Of a stretch of 64,000 nt of DNA, positions 1 through 13,142 are shown one piece after another. Each line of letters starts with the position of its first letter. The first letter of the stretch is position 1. The notes beneath the pieces are model-generated. The model ran no database searches and was not told the DNA's origin. It saw nothing but the letters and a program-made list of their open reading frames with translations. This stretch comes from Utricularia gibba (lineage: Eukaryota > Plantae > Magnoliophyta): positions 434,001 to 498,000 of the forward strand of contig NEEC01000002.1 of NCBI GenBank assembly GCA_002189035.1, written 5' to 3'. A program made the translations under genes and the position numbers.

Positions 1-679
1 AAGTTTCAAGCGAGTGCGTGGGTCTGAGGGAAACTTACTTCAATTGTAAAAGAGGGCAGGCATGTATTCTTTCAAAGTTTGTTTTTCCCCTTCCTTTTTT
101 TGGGAGCATTAATTTGATTTGCTGTTTTCATGAGAATTGCAACATGTTTTTTTAGCCTCCAATGAGATTGCTACTTTATTGCCTGGATTTGCCTCTTCTT
201 GATCTATGTTCTGTTTATTTCATATTGTTGGAGGTCGAGTACGTTGTTCTGAGATCTAGAAATGTAAGGTATAAAGTTGGGAAGTGTATAAAAAGACTGG
301 CTTTATACTTATGGCCGGTCATAGAAGCTAGCTACATGCTGAGCCAGTTTTCCTTGTGTGGAAAGAAGGAATGCCCTTCTAGCTAGAGCCCAAATTCATT
401 GCCAGCGCGATCTTGGTTCAAGCTTTTTGAATTTCATGGAGGAAATATCACTTCTTTTTGTTTCTTACCTCTTGTTGGGAACCCTGAATATGATATAGTG
501 GCAGCATCTGGTAAATAAACATGCTAACTCGTTTTGATCTTGAGAAGTGGGAGAGGATGTGTGCTTGCTCTCTTTCTTATGCCCCAACTGACGAGTTCAT
601 TCTTGATTCATATCATAAGCTTGCCTGGTCCTTGCAGGTCGATATGAGAGCTCGAATCCGTGGAAACAAGGGCTACTAA
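1..679 (+). CDS. COA5: Cytochrome c oxidase assembly factor 5 (COA5/PET191), 3' partial; exons <1-59 and 638-679
   Basis: Spliced translation VSSECVGLRETYFNCKRGQ|VDMRARIRGNKGY* matches the recalled plant PET191 C-terminus. It requires a GC donor at 60 and the AG acceptor at 636-637. Not in the ORF track. Confidence 0.85.
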
Positions 680-1159
680 TTCAAGGGGCGCACTTAACAC
701 TGCCCCCGGGGCTAGATAGCCAGGGCCTATATCTGTTAGCACCCCATGAATCAGAAAACAGGAGCGCAACCTTTGAATGTGTTGCATGGTCGTGGGAAGA
801 GAATGAACGATGTTAATCGCTCTTACAGATACATTTCCTGATCATTGGCTCAAATTTTTCTTCTCAAATTATTTGCCCCCTTCTTCCTTGTTCATTATGT
901 TTCCGATCAGAACTTACTGCTCATTGAACCACGATAGTGACGATTGAATAATCTTTCGTATACAGTGTTTTTTGGACATTGTTTGAAAATTAGATTTAAT
1001 TTATTCTTCAATGTAAGTTGAATTTCTTTTTTTTTTATAATGGATTAAATCAAATTTAAATAAATCAAATAAAAAGTAAATTGGAGGAGGTCTGTTTATT
1101 AAAGATCACTTAAATAGTGTCTGGGGATGAACGTTTGAAGTGGGTTTAGCACGTTGAAA

Positions 1160-1194
1160 AGCCCACTAAAATAAAGCCCAATTAAATGGGCCCA
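1160..1194. promoter_or_regulatory. Site II (TGGGCY/RGCCCA) motif cluster upstream of U2A'
   Basis: AGCCCA at 1160 and 1175 and TGGGCCCA at 1187, about 150-180 bp before the ATG. These are typical TCP-binding elements of plant housekeeping promoters. Confidence 0.5.
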
Positions 1195-1343
1195 AAACGG
1201 TTCCGGCGGTTGCTAAACCAGAAGCATTTGGTTTTTTGAGTTGCAAACGCGCAATGAAAACCTTGTATTCGCAAAACCATCTGTGAAACTTTGGCAGCTC
1301 GCGCCGAGAAGAAGTCCTAGCGCGGAGGAGACAGGGAGAGGAA

Positions 1344-3135
1344 ATGGTTAGGTTGACGGCGGATTTGATATGGAAAAGTCCTCATTTTTTCAACGCAGTT
1401 CGCGAGCGCGAGCTGGATCTGAGAGGTATCCTGTTCTAACCAACTTCCGTGGCCATTTCTTTTCCACTTTATTGAATTCATGGGTATTGTTAGTGTGTTC
1501 ATTTTAAATAATGTACAGGGAACAAGATTGCTGTCATAGAGAACGTTGGTGCTACTGAGGTAACTGTGTTGTGTAACTTAGTTCTTTTTTCTTGGTTGTG
1601 AGCATTTTTTTTGTTGATTTTTTTTTTCTTTAGAAACCTTTGTTTTTTTTCTTTTGTTGTTTCGTTGGGTTTTCACTTGTCTTGCTGCTTTTGGTTGGGT
1701 ACGTACAAAACCCTAAACCCTATACTGCTGCTTTTGTTTTTCAAGAACGTTTTGTTGGCTACAGGATCAATTTGACACTATCGATATATCTGATAATGAG
1801 ATTGTCAAGCTTGAGAATTTTCCATTGATGAACCGGCTCGGTACTTTGTTGGTTAACAACAACAGGATTACTCGCATCAATCCCAATTTAGGAGGTACAA
1901 GCTTTGTGATTTGGGAGTTGAAATACATTCAAAATGTGTGTGGCGATGTTTAGATTAAGTTTCTTCTACATTGAAATGCTGCAGAATTTTTGCCCAAGTT
2001 GCATACGTTGGTGCTGACTAACAATAGGTTAACTAACCTGGTCGAAATTGATCCACTTGCGTCCCTCCCAAGCTGCAGTTTCTTAGCCTGCTTGACAACA
2101 ATATTACTAAGAAACCCAATTATCGCTTATATGTTATTCACAAGCTCAGGTCACTTCGTGTGCTGGATTTCAGGAAAGTGAAACAAAAGGTCAGTATTGG
2201 TATAAGAAGTTTCAAATGTTTTACAAGATAGGTTCTGCCGTAATAGACTTATATTTTTATACGGCATAGACCATTGGCACTTGCTGTCGGAATGGTCCCT
2301 ATGATGAGTTTCATTTTAGTTTCAAATGAAGGGTGTATCATGTGGACGTCAGAGTCCATGCTTTGTTTAGTGTACGTTTGTGAATGTTGCTAATACGCTG
2401 CTTCACATGATAATAGGAGCGACTTGAAGCTGATAAGTTGTTCACTTCTGAGGAAGCCGAAGAAGAGGCCAAAAAAGAATCTGTTAAGACATTTGTCCCT
2501 AGTGAGGTTCCTAGCGCCCAAGATTTGGACAAAGAGGAACAGATTTCTAAACCAGCTGCTCCAACACCTGAGCAGATTTTAGCTATCAAGGTATTTGGTT
2601 CCTTTTTGTCAACTATTTTAACGCTTCCTTGTCAATCTTTCATTCTCGAAGATAATTATGCTCTGTGAGTTCTAATTTCATTTTACTTCCACGTAGGCTG
2701 CCATCGTTAACTCACAAACTCTTGAAGAGGTCGCTAGGCTTGAACAGGTAAATTTCAACTTGTACTCCAGATGGGAAGTGCGATAAACTTTTGACTGAAA
2801 CAGCGATCTCATGAATGAGGACAATATAGTTCTGCTCAATGATTTCTCCAAGGGCTAACATTCAATTTTCTCAATTGTCATTGTATGCAGGCACTAAAAT
2901 CAGGACTACTTCCTGCTGATCTCAATCTCATCAGTGAGAGAGTTAGTGAACCAAAATCCGACGGCAACCAACATGGAAAAGTATCTACCAACGAGAAGGA
3001 AACAAATAGGGAAGCCCAAAACAAGGAATCTGAAGCAGGGGATGAGGCTGCAGAAATGGAACAGGTATATCTGACAGTAACATACCCAAGCATTTCTTAC
3101 AACACCTTTTTATTTGTTCCTTCTTTCAGGATTAG
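1344..3135 (+). CDS. U2A': U2 snRNP protein A' (LRR), multi-exon
   Basis: MVRLTADLIWKSPHFFNAVRERELDLRG|NKIAVIENVGATE|DQFDTIDISDNEIVKLENF...FLPKLHTLVLTNNRLTNLVEIDPLASLP. GT-AG introns; one -1 frameshift at about 2067-2071. Confidence 0.93.
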
Positions 3136-3726
3136 GCTGGTCATCATATCTCCATCGCCACTTATCGAATCCAAAATATCTGAGTTGCGCTTGACTAATG
3201 CCGTCAATGTCCTCTGCATTTGATGTAGCATAGTAAAGCGTTCTAGTTTGATCCAGAAATATGCCTTATCTCATGTTCAACTGGTAAGTTACCAGGTTAA
3301 CTGTGGTTCAGCATTAGTTACATTGACAGGAAAAGTTGCGATCACATTTTTCTGCTTCTTGATTGAGTTCCTGTTTGTAGTAGTTGCCATGCCTCTAAAC
3401 TGGATGCATCTCATTTTGAACGCTTGTAATATGATCAATTGAAGTTTTTACAATTTTCATCTGACACCTTCCCGCTTCACCATTTCGTTGGTATTACAAA
3501 TACAATCATGTTACTGCATAGCAGCGCTAATTGAATTTCAGTTCAGGGATTGCTGCTGTAGCTACAAAGAATAATGATACAGGGGCCATATACACAACCA
3601 TCATTTACTTGATCCTAATGCAAGCATAGTGCAGGAACCTCCCTCCATTCAGGCAATTCTGTGCCACCTTTTGAGCCGCACCATGTGATCAGTACTCTCT
3701 CTTGGTCAATATCTCAAACTTGTATC

Positions 3727-6700
3727 TCAGGCTACTTGACTGTGTTGTGAACCTTTAATCACCACTGGATTACCAGAATCATCCAAATGCAGTGTTGCAA
3801 CATCTCCGGGTTCATAGTTGCCAGAAAGTAGAGACTCACTCACAACATCTTCCACCAGAAGGGTTACTGCTCGCCGGAGAGGCCGAGCACCGTAGCTCCG
3901 GTCGTAACCCTGTTCACATATGAAGTCCATGGCTGCTTGAGACACCTCCAAGCTGATCCCATACGAGGCCAGACGTTTCCTAACATCGCTCAACATTGTA
4001 TCCAGGATTTGCAGCATCTGAAAACACAGGAAATTAATGAAGCACTTGGAACAGAATCTCTGGTATGGTTTCTCATAAGCAGTCTCACCTGAGATTTCTC
4101 CAGAGGATGGAAAACAACTACTTCATCAATCCTGTTAAGCAATTCAGGGCGAAAGTACAGCTTCAGCTCCTCCATCACCAGTGCTTTCATTCCGGCATAG
4201 GATGTTGAGACATCTTCATCAACAAGAAAGCCAATGGAGTTCTGTCTACCCTTCACAATAGCAGCAGATCCCACATTGGAAGTCATTATAACGAGTGCAT
4301 TCTTGAATGACACTCTTCGACCCTGTCGGACAGACGACCCGCAATGTTAGCAGGTGCCGGAGGCGGTTTAAAATGGAAACAGAGAAGTGAAGAACCACCA
4401 ACCTGAGAATCTGTCAAGTGGCCATCTTCAAACAGCTGAAGAAGGATGTTGAAAATATCAGGATGAGCTTTCTCAATTTCATCCAGCAGGACAACAGTGA
4501 AGGGCTGTCTTCTGATGGCTTCTGTGAGAGTGCCGCCTCCTTCGTAGCCGACGTAACCAGGCGGTGCTCCGATTAACTTGCTTACGGTATGGCGCTCCAT
4601 ATATTCGCTCATGTCCAGTCTTAGCATTGCAGACTCCTGGGAGAAGGAAGCACAATCAGATCATGTGCATACAAATGAAGCTGATTTAAAAGAAGGTATG
4701 GTTCCAAAACCAAGATCAGAAAAGCACTCAGAAAGTCACAATTCACTTCAACAGTGCCATGAATCATTGTACCTTTGTTGCTGAACATTGAATATCAGGT
4801 ATCCAATTTCATTTTAACTCCAGGATGCAACACAGCGCATTAAGTGCAGAATATAAATATCATGAGATGCACAGACAAGAGCAGTGTGAAGGAAAATAGA
4901 GGGAGATGATGACTTACCGAACCAAAGTAGCAAGCTGCAAGAGATCTGGTTAGCTCAGTTTTCCCTACACCGGTTGGACCACAGAAGAGCATGGCAGCTA
5001 TAGGTCTGTCAGGGTCCTTCAAGCCAACCCGGGATCGCTTCACGGCTCGGCAAATAGCATCAACAGCTTCATCTTGACCAATTACTCTTTTCTTCAACTG
5101 CTCGTTCAGACTCACAAGAAGCATTCTCTCATCAGCAGTAAGCTTATTCACTGGGATTCCTGACCAGAGTGAAGCAACAGCAGCTACATCCTCAGGTCCA
5201 ACAGTCACAGATCTGGAATGTTGTAAGTATTCAGATTCTAAACATCTGCATAAAACTCTTATGATTTTAGGCAAGGTACATACTCATTAGAGAATGGGCG
5301 TGATGAAGATTGGTCAAAGTTTGGCCATGTGCCCTTTTCCAGAACCGAAATGCAATCATTGTCCCTTAGCTTCTTCGCCATTGACTGCTCAAGGAGCAAT
5401 GGGTCAGATATATGAATTTGCAGGTACCTAGAGAAATAAATTTAATACCGCTTGATGCCAGGCTTGCACAGCTCTGATTTCTTTCCAGTAATCACTTGGT
5501 GACTTCGAAAGCACTATACTTTGATTTTCCCTCCTCTTTTTATAAGCTTCCATGTTGGCTCTACTCCCTGCTTCATCTATCAGATCAATAGCTTTATCAG
5601 GAAGATGTCTGTCTGGAAGGTATCTTGCTGACAAGTGCACAGCTGCGTTTATAGCCTCCAGAGTGTATACACATCCGTGATGGGACTCATATTTTTCGCG
5701 CAAGCCCAGTAGAATTTCAATTGCATCTTCCTAGTTTGGGACAACAGAATTAAACCAATGCTATACAGAACAATAAAGAGGCAGTGTCTGCAGGTCTTGA
5801 GCAGGGAATTGTACCTGGCTTGGTTCATCAACATAAACAGGTTGAAATCTACGGGCCAGAGCTTTATCCTTTTCAAAATGTAACCGGAACTCATCCAATG
5901 TGGTGGATGCAATACACTGCATACAAAGTATGGTTTACATGATTACTTATCAATGAATGCAGGGCATTTGCATATGAACTAAGAGAATAGGGCCTTTCAC
6001 TAAACTAATCATGAGAAAATATGCAGGGTATTTGCATATGAACTTCAAAATGGTATAGAAGGGTTTCTTCCCACCTGAAATTCACCCCGCCCAAGAGAAG
6101 GTTTTAACAGATTTGCAATGTCAAGGCCACCTCCCTTAGACCCCGTGAAGCTGTGCCAGAACCAACAAGTGTGTGAACCTCGTCGATGAAGAGAATTACA
6201 TCCCCTGAAAGGTTGCTTCATCAACATGAGCTTGATGCATATCTAAGTTAACTGACCAAAAGATAATCAAACAACAACCCACCTGATTTCTTGATCTCGT
6301 TTAATAACATTGTAACACGTTCCTCTAATTCACCCCTCTCCTTGGCACCAGCTATTAGCAGCCCAATATCTAGAGATAAAATGCGCTTATCCTGAAGAAA
6401 AGAAAAAAGTTACAGGTTTCAAGATTATTCACCTGCTTCAAACTGACCAACTTCAAGAGAATCCTCATGGTTTTCTATTGAGCTACCGCACCTCAAGAAA
6501 TGAAGGAACTTTTCTATCACTGATGCTCAAAGCCAGTCCTTCTGCAATGGCTGTCTTCCCAACGCCAGCTTCTCCAAGAAGAACTGGATTACTCTTGGTT
6601 TTCCGGGCAAGAATTTGAATAATTCTTCTAATTTCAGTGTCCCGGCCGATCACCGGATCAATAGCTCCAGCCAAAGCACGTGCAGTGAGATCCACACAGA

Positions 6701-7727
6701 AAAGATCAAGCGCATTTTTTTCTGTGGATTTAGAAAACGTCATGGTGCTGGAGATTTCTATAAACATCCTAAGCTTTGCCCTGCAAGCAATCACAAGTTC
6801 TTACCTTTCCCTTTACCAGCAGATCGTGCAAGTCCAGCCTTTTCCTGCTGCCTATTTTCACGAGACCGTCTTGATTTTGTGGAAGCTGGTTCCCTTCCAT
6901 CTTTTGCAAGCTCCGCTTCAAGTCTAGCGATCGCCACATCGGCCAAATAATTCATGTTCACCCCTAATCTGAAACCATTCGATTCGAGTTCAAAAAACAT
7001 AACTCAGAAACTCAGGCAGTCAATGCAATTCATGTTTAAAATGATACCTCTGGAGCACACGAGTCGCATTGCCATCATCAACTGTGAGTAGCCCGATAGC
7101 AATATGCTCAGGTGCAATAAAATTATATCCCATGCTCTTCGAATACTCAACTGCAGCCTCAAAAATACGCTTTGTGCCAGCTGAAAACGGCACATCCGTT
7201 GCAGAGGTTTCTGACTGCTGAAAACTCTGCGTGCTTCCATTGCTCTGTCTCTCTTCTTCCCATAAACTCTTCACGGTTTCTCGCGCAAGATCAATGTTGA
7301 TTCCAGATCCCAGAAAACCCTCAGGAGCACGATCCTCCGCAATGAGACCCAGCAACAGGTGGTGAGTATGGACCATGTCCCTTCCTAAAGCCTTGGCTTC
7401 TCTCTGCGAAAACATCACTGCCTTGATCGCTCTCTCTGTAAATCTTTCGAACACACCAGAAACAACAAAAAACGAACGCTTTGCCCTCTTGTTCGGCAAA
7501 GAAGAGGTCCCAGAATTTCGAGAGACCGAGATCCCAAAATAGGAGGATGAGCTACTAGTGCTACAGACGTTGGACGGAGCCACAGAAGAAGAAGAAGAGG
7601 CCGCGGGAGCGAAACGAGGACAGAAAGAAACAATTTTCCGGCATCGGCGTCCGGTGTCGTGTGACAAAATAGGGGGCAAACCCAGGGAGTGATTCACCGA
7701 GAGCGGCGGCGAACAAGATAGCTCCAT
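3727..7727 (-). CDS. CLPD: Chloroplast Clp/Hsp100 chaperone ClpD (ERD1), multi-exon
   Basis: Transit peptide, then the Clp-N domain [23 protein letters not shown]. Two Walker A motifs ([16 protein letters not shown]), Walker B FIDEVH and [11 protein letters not shown], and YGARPLRR. Frameshift at 6141-6144. Confidence 0.95.
5957..6044. repeat. 24-bp direct repeat (1 mismatch) inside a ClpD intron
   Basis: ATGCAGGGCATTTGCATATGAACT (5957-5980) vs ATGCAGGGTATTTGCATATGAACT (6021-6044). Confidence 0.8.
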
Positions 7728-8358
7728 CAACGGCAGAAGATTTCTTCGAACACAATCGGGGATTCGCTGCAACAACGAAGTTAAATGGAATTACAGAAGA
7801 AATAAGGGAGAATTCAGAGACAGATGGCGGAAGAAATGGGGAAGAATGTTCCTCCGGTGGCGTGGCGTGACGATTGAAGTCTCCTATTGGAGAAAGTTGA
7901 CACGTCCAAGCCAAATCATACTTCCCCTCATTTCGTCAACGCACACGAAATCCTCGCCTCTCCATTTTCTTTTTTTACCACGTGCTTCATACCCCTCCTG
8001 ACGGTCCCCGACAACCAGACAGATCCACTCTTCTCCGGCGGTTGGTCCGATCACCGATGCCCATTTCAGTAAAACCTGTCTAAAACAAACAAATTTAAAT
8101 CATTCACTTATTCAATAATCTGATTTGAGTAACATGTTTAAAGCGACGGCACCAATCAGCTGTGTCTCTTTTCGGCCTCATCTCCACGCCACTTCAATAC
8201 CTCTACCTCTGCGGCTCCGAAAAGAAACAGAAAAATGGAGAAAGCAAAGCTATACCTAGTAGACCGCCTGTAGATTGGGTTCCATTTTATCTTCTGCCGA
8301 AGAAGGAGACACAAGGCAGAAGATTTAGGCCTCAAAGTGGCGTTCCTGTGTGAGCAAC

Positions 8359-11123
8359 ATGTGTCCTGTACTGCTTGCCCCATGGATATTCATTGCCCTG
8401 GTGATGTATCCCTCGGCGGTCTTGTTCAATGACGAGGTTTATTCGGGGAATCACTGGCTTTGCCAAACGCCGCGCCATTCCCTTCCATGGGTTCGATTCT
8501 ATTTTTCGCTATAACTTCTGTGGAAATTCTGGATGAAAACCTTTCGTTTTTAAAGTTTAATCATGGGCTCATGTTTTTTGGCAATGTTTCCCGGCTCTGG
8601 TGTGTCTAGTATATTTCTTCTGTATTCTTCTTTGCTTTTTCTGTTCTTGTGAGACACCCATCTCCGTTTATAGGACAGGGGGCAAGTGAACTCAAGGAAT
8701 AACAGCGGTGAATGCTCTGGTACCCCTGACTATGGCTCATTATGTCATGGTTTCAGAATGCTGGATGCTGGCTTCTTCTCCGCCGAAAAGGTAACTGCAG
8801 AAGTTTCTAACCTTCGGCATCGTCTGTGTATTCGACTTGAGAGATTACCTAGTAACAATTTCAGGCTCAATACCCTGTGTAGATGCTTGAGGTTGAAAAA
8901 GGTGCGGTTGAATTAAATATTCCTATTGTTGAATCCAATCGGAAAATTGTCGCATCAGAGGATGGAGGACTGCGAAATCCCTCACCGTTGGTATTTAACC
9001 CTTCATGGGGTCATCATCTTGATAGAGAAGAAAGCAAAAGATTCAAGTACCCTTCTCTATCCGGTGTGGAAAGGCCTAACAGTGATGAAGATATTGCTTT
9101 TATGAGTGTAAGTTTGCTGAGATTTGGCCAAGTAAATGTAAAGATCTGTGCTCTGAATATTGTTATTTGTATATCAGATTCTTGAACTGGGGGAGCTGTT
9201 TAGATCCAATAAAATCACCTCCGTTGAGCTTGCGAGTATCTTCTTGAGCAGAATGAAAAGGTACAGAGACTAAACTGTTAAACTAGGGGAGTGGAAAATG
9301 GACTTCATCTAGCTATTGACCAATGCTGCAGGTATGGGCCAGTTCTTGAATCCGTAATCACCATTACTGAAGAATTAGCATACGAGCAGGCAAGAGAAGC
9401 TGATGAGCTTCTTGCACAGGGCATATACTTAGGTGATCTCTTTGTTTCAAGCTTCAGTCTTGAAGCTCTCTCTTGCTCCTAACCAAATATTTGCGAATGC
9501 ACTGGAACTGAGGTTATGTGATGCGTTGATCTAGGCCCACTCCATGGAATTCCATATGGTCTGAAGGATACAATTGCAGTGCCTCATTACAAGACCACTT
9601 GGGGCTCAAGAACATTCAAAAACCAAGTCCTTGACATCGAAGCCTGGGTGTATACCAGGTACCGAAGTCAACCAACAGGACATAAGAAGGTGTGGACTAC
9701 ATACATTTCTTGGATCTTTTTCAGGTTGAAATCAGCTGGAGCTGTCCTCCTTGCAAAACTGGTCACCGGGTCTTTGGCATATGATGATATCTGGTTCGGG
9801 GGTCGAACAAGAAACCCATGGAACATCGAAGAGTTCTCCACTGGCTCATCAGCAGGACCTGCTGCTTGCACTTCAGCTGGTACCTCATAGTGGTGTTCCT
9901 ATGTTCCTGTTCACATGATTAGAACTCTTCCTTTGTGTGCAGGTTTGGTGCCATTTTCAATTGGTTCAGAAACTGCAGGGTCCATCACTTACCCTGCAGC
10001 ACGCTGTGGGGTAACCGCACTGCGACCAACTTTTGGAGCTGTGGGGCGAAGTGGTGTTATGAGCATATCCGAGAGTTTGGTAATATTAATATCCCTGTGA
10101 TAAGCTTCTGTAGATCATGATCGCCCTTTTTGCAACCCCCCCTGTTGGCAGGATAAACTTGGCCCCTTCTGTAGAACCGCTGCAGACTGTGCAATCATTC
10201 TGGATGTCATCCGCGGCAAAGATCCCGATGATCTTTCGTCAAGAAACATTCCTTTCGGTGATCCCTTTTCCGTCGATGTGACAGAGCTGACCGTGGGGTA
10301 CCTTGAGGATGCTGAAATGGATGTGAGCCAAGCCTTTTGATTTTTGCCCATCCCTGAACCAGCATGTACTGATGACTCGCCATGGAAATGGATTGCAGGT
10401 TGTGGAGAAGCTTCGGTTGAAAGGGGTGAAGATGGTTCCTTTTAATCTGAACTACAGTGTTAACTCGGCTCAAGGTATTCTGAACTTCACCATGGACGTC
10501 GATATGCTCGCCCATTTGGATGAGTGGCAGCGCGCTGGCTTGGATGATCAGTACGAAGCTCAGGATCAATGGCCTGTCGAGCTTCGCCGTGCTCGTGTCA
10601 TATCCGCTGTGGATTATATCCAAGTATGTATAACTCAATCCGACGACGAAAAGCTGTTCGATTTGTTAAACTAAGTTGATGCTAATCGGTGCCAGGCGCA
10701 GCGAGCAAGAGGAAAGCTGATCGGTGAAGTTCGTCGCAGCTTCACGGTGGATGCCTTCATTGGGAATGCGACTGACTGGGAGCGTGTATGTGTTGGCAAC
10801 CTCGCCGGCATCCCAGTCATCGTTGTCCCAACTGGGCTCAAAGAAGTGCCCGGCGCCCCTGAAAGTAGCCGGCGAAGGACAACGATCACCACCGGCATCT
10901 ATGCCCCGCCGGAGCACGATCACATCGTAAGTTCGTAATGTATTCATGTCATGTCGTCGGCGTTTCTTAGCCCGTTTCACTGTAGGCATTGGCGCTAGCG
11001 ATGGCGTACCAATCCGTGACGAACCACAGCCGACAGCGGCCGCCGATAAATGACCTTGGGCCCGAGGCTGATATTCTCAGACAGCCGGCGACAGAGATCC
11101 CTCACCGGCTTCTACGAGGCTGA
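8359..11123 (+). CDS. Amidase-signature family protein (GatA-like), multi-exon; start uncertain
   Basis: GPLHGIPYGLKD (catalytic Lys), TGSSAGPA, PFSIGSETAGSITYPAARCG (Ser-cisSer-Lys triad motifs). The last exon ends ...PHRLLRG* at 11123. The first exon and ATG are inferred. Confidence 0.88.
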
Positions 11124-11257
11124 GAAAGTATCTGTTGATACGGGGAGATTATGCAAATAAATGTACAGATGGTCCAAATCAGAAGCAAACAGAGATCATG
11201 CATCAAGCTTTTGGTTCCGGTTATTGCATTTACAGCATCTCAAGCTTAATCTTCATC

Positions 11258-11975
11258 TCAGGCGGAGGCGGGCCGGGAGGGCTCTACTCCGGCGTCTTTA
11301 AGCGTCTCTATAGGCCATTCCCTATGAAACCCAACGGCATTTTAGGACCTTCTCCTAAGGCACGCAAACTATAAGATTCAAGGGAACAATGGATTACTTC
11401 GCATATGCATCGCCTCTTATGGGATCGGACATGACTTCCTTTCGGTCGGAATCCTGAACATGCGCCACGTTGCGGAAGAATGAACGTTTCACGAACTTGT
11501 CCGCCTTCTCCGCAACCTCCTCCGGCGCCTCAACTTCCGGCAAGCTCTTCCTTGTCGACTTACTCACTTGCACGTTCGGTGCCCACTTCAGCTGGTGCGC
11601 CACCGTGAGCAACCCGAATCCCACAGACATCGTTATCATACCAACCGCCACAAACACCGGCGCATATTCCCCTTGAACATCCTACACACCGTAGTATTCA
11701 CACATTGCCGTGAACAAGAGATTGTGGATAATCTACTTACTGTGGTTTCACACGTTCGTAGAAGTGACGGGCCGTGGTGGAGTAGGGTTTCAGCTCCGGT
11801 GATGAAGGGGGTTTGAGCGGAAGCAGAAAACTTCGCCGTAGAGTGGCTGCCGGCGACATTCTTGAAACCTGAAATTGATATTGAGGCTGGGGCGGTAAAC
11901 CAAACCGAACTCTGTTATCAAGGATTTAAACTGGCCGGAGAAGGTACCCACATGAGCCTCCGTCCTCAAAGCCAT
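11258..11975 (-). CDS. B12D/NDUFA4 (MLRQ)-like small mitochondrial membrane protein, 4 exons
   Basis: MALRTEAH|VSRMSPAATL...KPYST...|GEYAPVFVAVGMITMSVGFGLLTVAHQLKWAPNVQVSKSTRKSLPEV...SFFRNVAHVQD...|ETLKDAGVEP. One TM helix; -1 frameshift at 11669-11672. Confidence 0.75.
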
Positions 11976-13142
11976 TTCCGGTTGACTGCACTGTTGGTTC
12001 TTCCAAGATCCAACCACCGCGCGTCCCATGTTAATATACTGGAGCTTGGTGGCACTGCAGCATGAGCTACGTGTTGTGAACATGGAAGCACACGTCATCA
12101 CAGAAACTCCACTGGGCGCCATGTTTTTTCCGGCCAACCCCTTCTCGATACGGGAAGATTCTCAAGTAACCCAGGAACCAAAGAAGCCAGCCAAACAAAG
12201 GTTCTATTCCCGAATCCCGCTCCTCCTCTGTCTCCTGCAGAGTCAAGAACATTTCTGGGTTCTCAACCGGGTTGCTCCCTGGTCGGGCTTCAGGATCAGT
12301 TCATCCAAATCTTTGCGATCCAATTCGCAAATGATCAAGAATGAAAAGCACAAAACAACGTAGGAAGACGAGCAACCCAGAAAACCAAATGGAAAACCCT
12401 TCGCACCCGGAGGAACTGCACTAATGAATCGGAACTCAGATACAAAGCGGAATAAACAGTCATCGCAATTCGCCCAACGCTCACAGGATCATCATCACCG
12501 CTAAAACATCAACCAGATTTTACTCTAGTCAGTCAAATTGGCGAAAACCAGTGTATTCAACAGCGTTGGTGATACCTCCGATTCGAATTCCGAAGTTCTT
12601 CCCACGACCGTTGCTGTGCTTCGCGTCTTGGGCTTATATATTCTTGTGGGTTGTCACCTCGCATCGGACCTCCGTTCACTCACTCGCCGCTAGCCCAACC
12701 TTGTGCAGAAGTTCGTCCGACATGGGCCTCAAAAGATTCGCCCACAGCGAAGCAGAAGATGGGTTGGAATGGAAGATGACAGTCGTCGTCACCCCATTAC
12801 TAAAAAAGTAGTTCTTGAATCTGCGTTCCCCCGCCCACAAGAAAACCGAGATGAAAAGAAGAAGAAGAGGAAGGAAAAGAGAGAACTGACGATGGTAATG
12901 GCGACCTGAAAATTCACAGTAACTAGACCTTCATAAGAGAACGTTCTGCACCATTTTGTATGCGAAAATGTTTGTTCTTGAGATGAAAGAAGACGATCAA
13001 AAACCAAACTCAAGTCATTCAGTATTGTGGTAACACCCTACTACAACTACCCATCTTTGCATTACAATTCACACAAACGTTCTTCTGAAATCTTCTTAAA
13101 AAAGGATTTCAAACTCGATCCATCCAGCTTGCGCCTCTCTGA

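Noticed and set aside
1426-1518. U12-type intron in U2A' (donor GTATCCTG)
   Set aside because: Position +8 departs from RTATCCTTT and there is no TCCTTAAC-like branch point near the acceptor.
7728-7775. Longer ClpD start given in the ORF track
   Set aside because: It begins at TTG. The first ATG (7727) yields a normal transit peptide.
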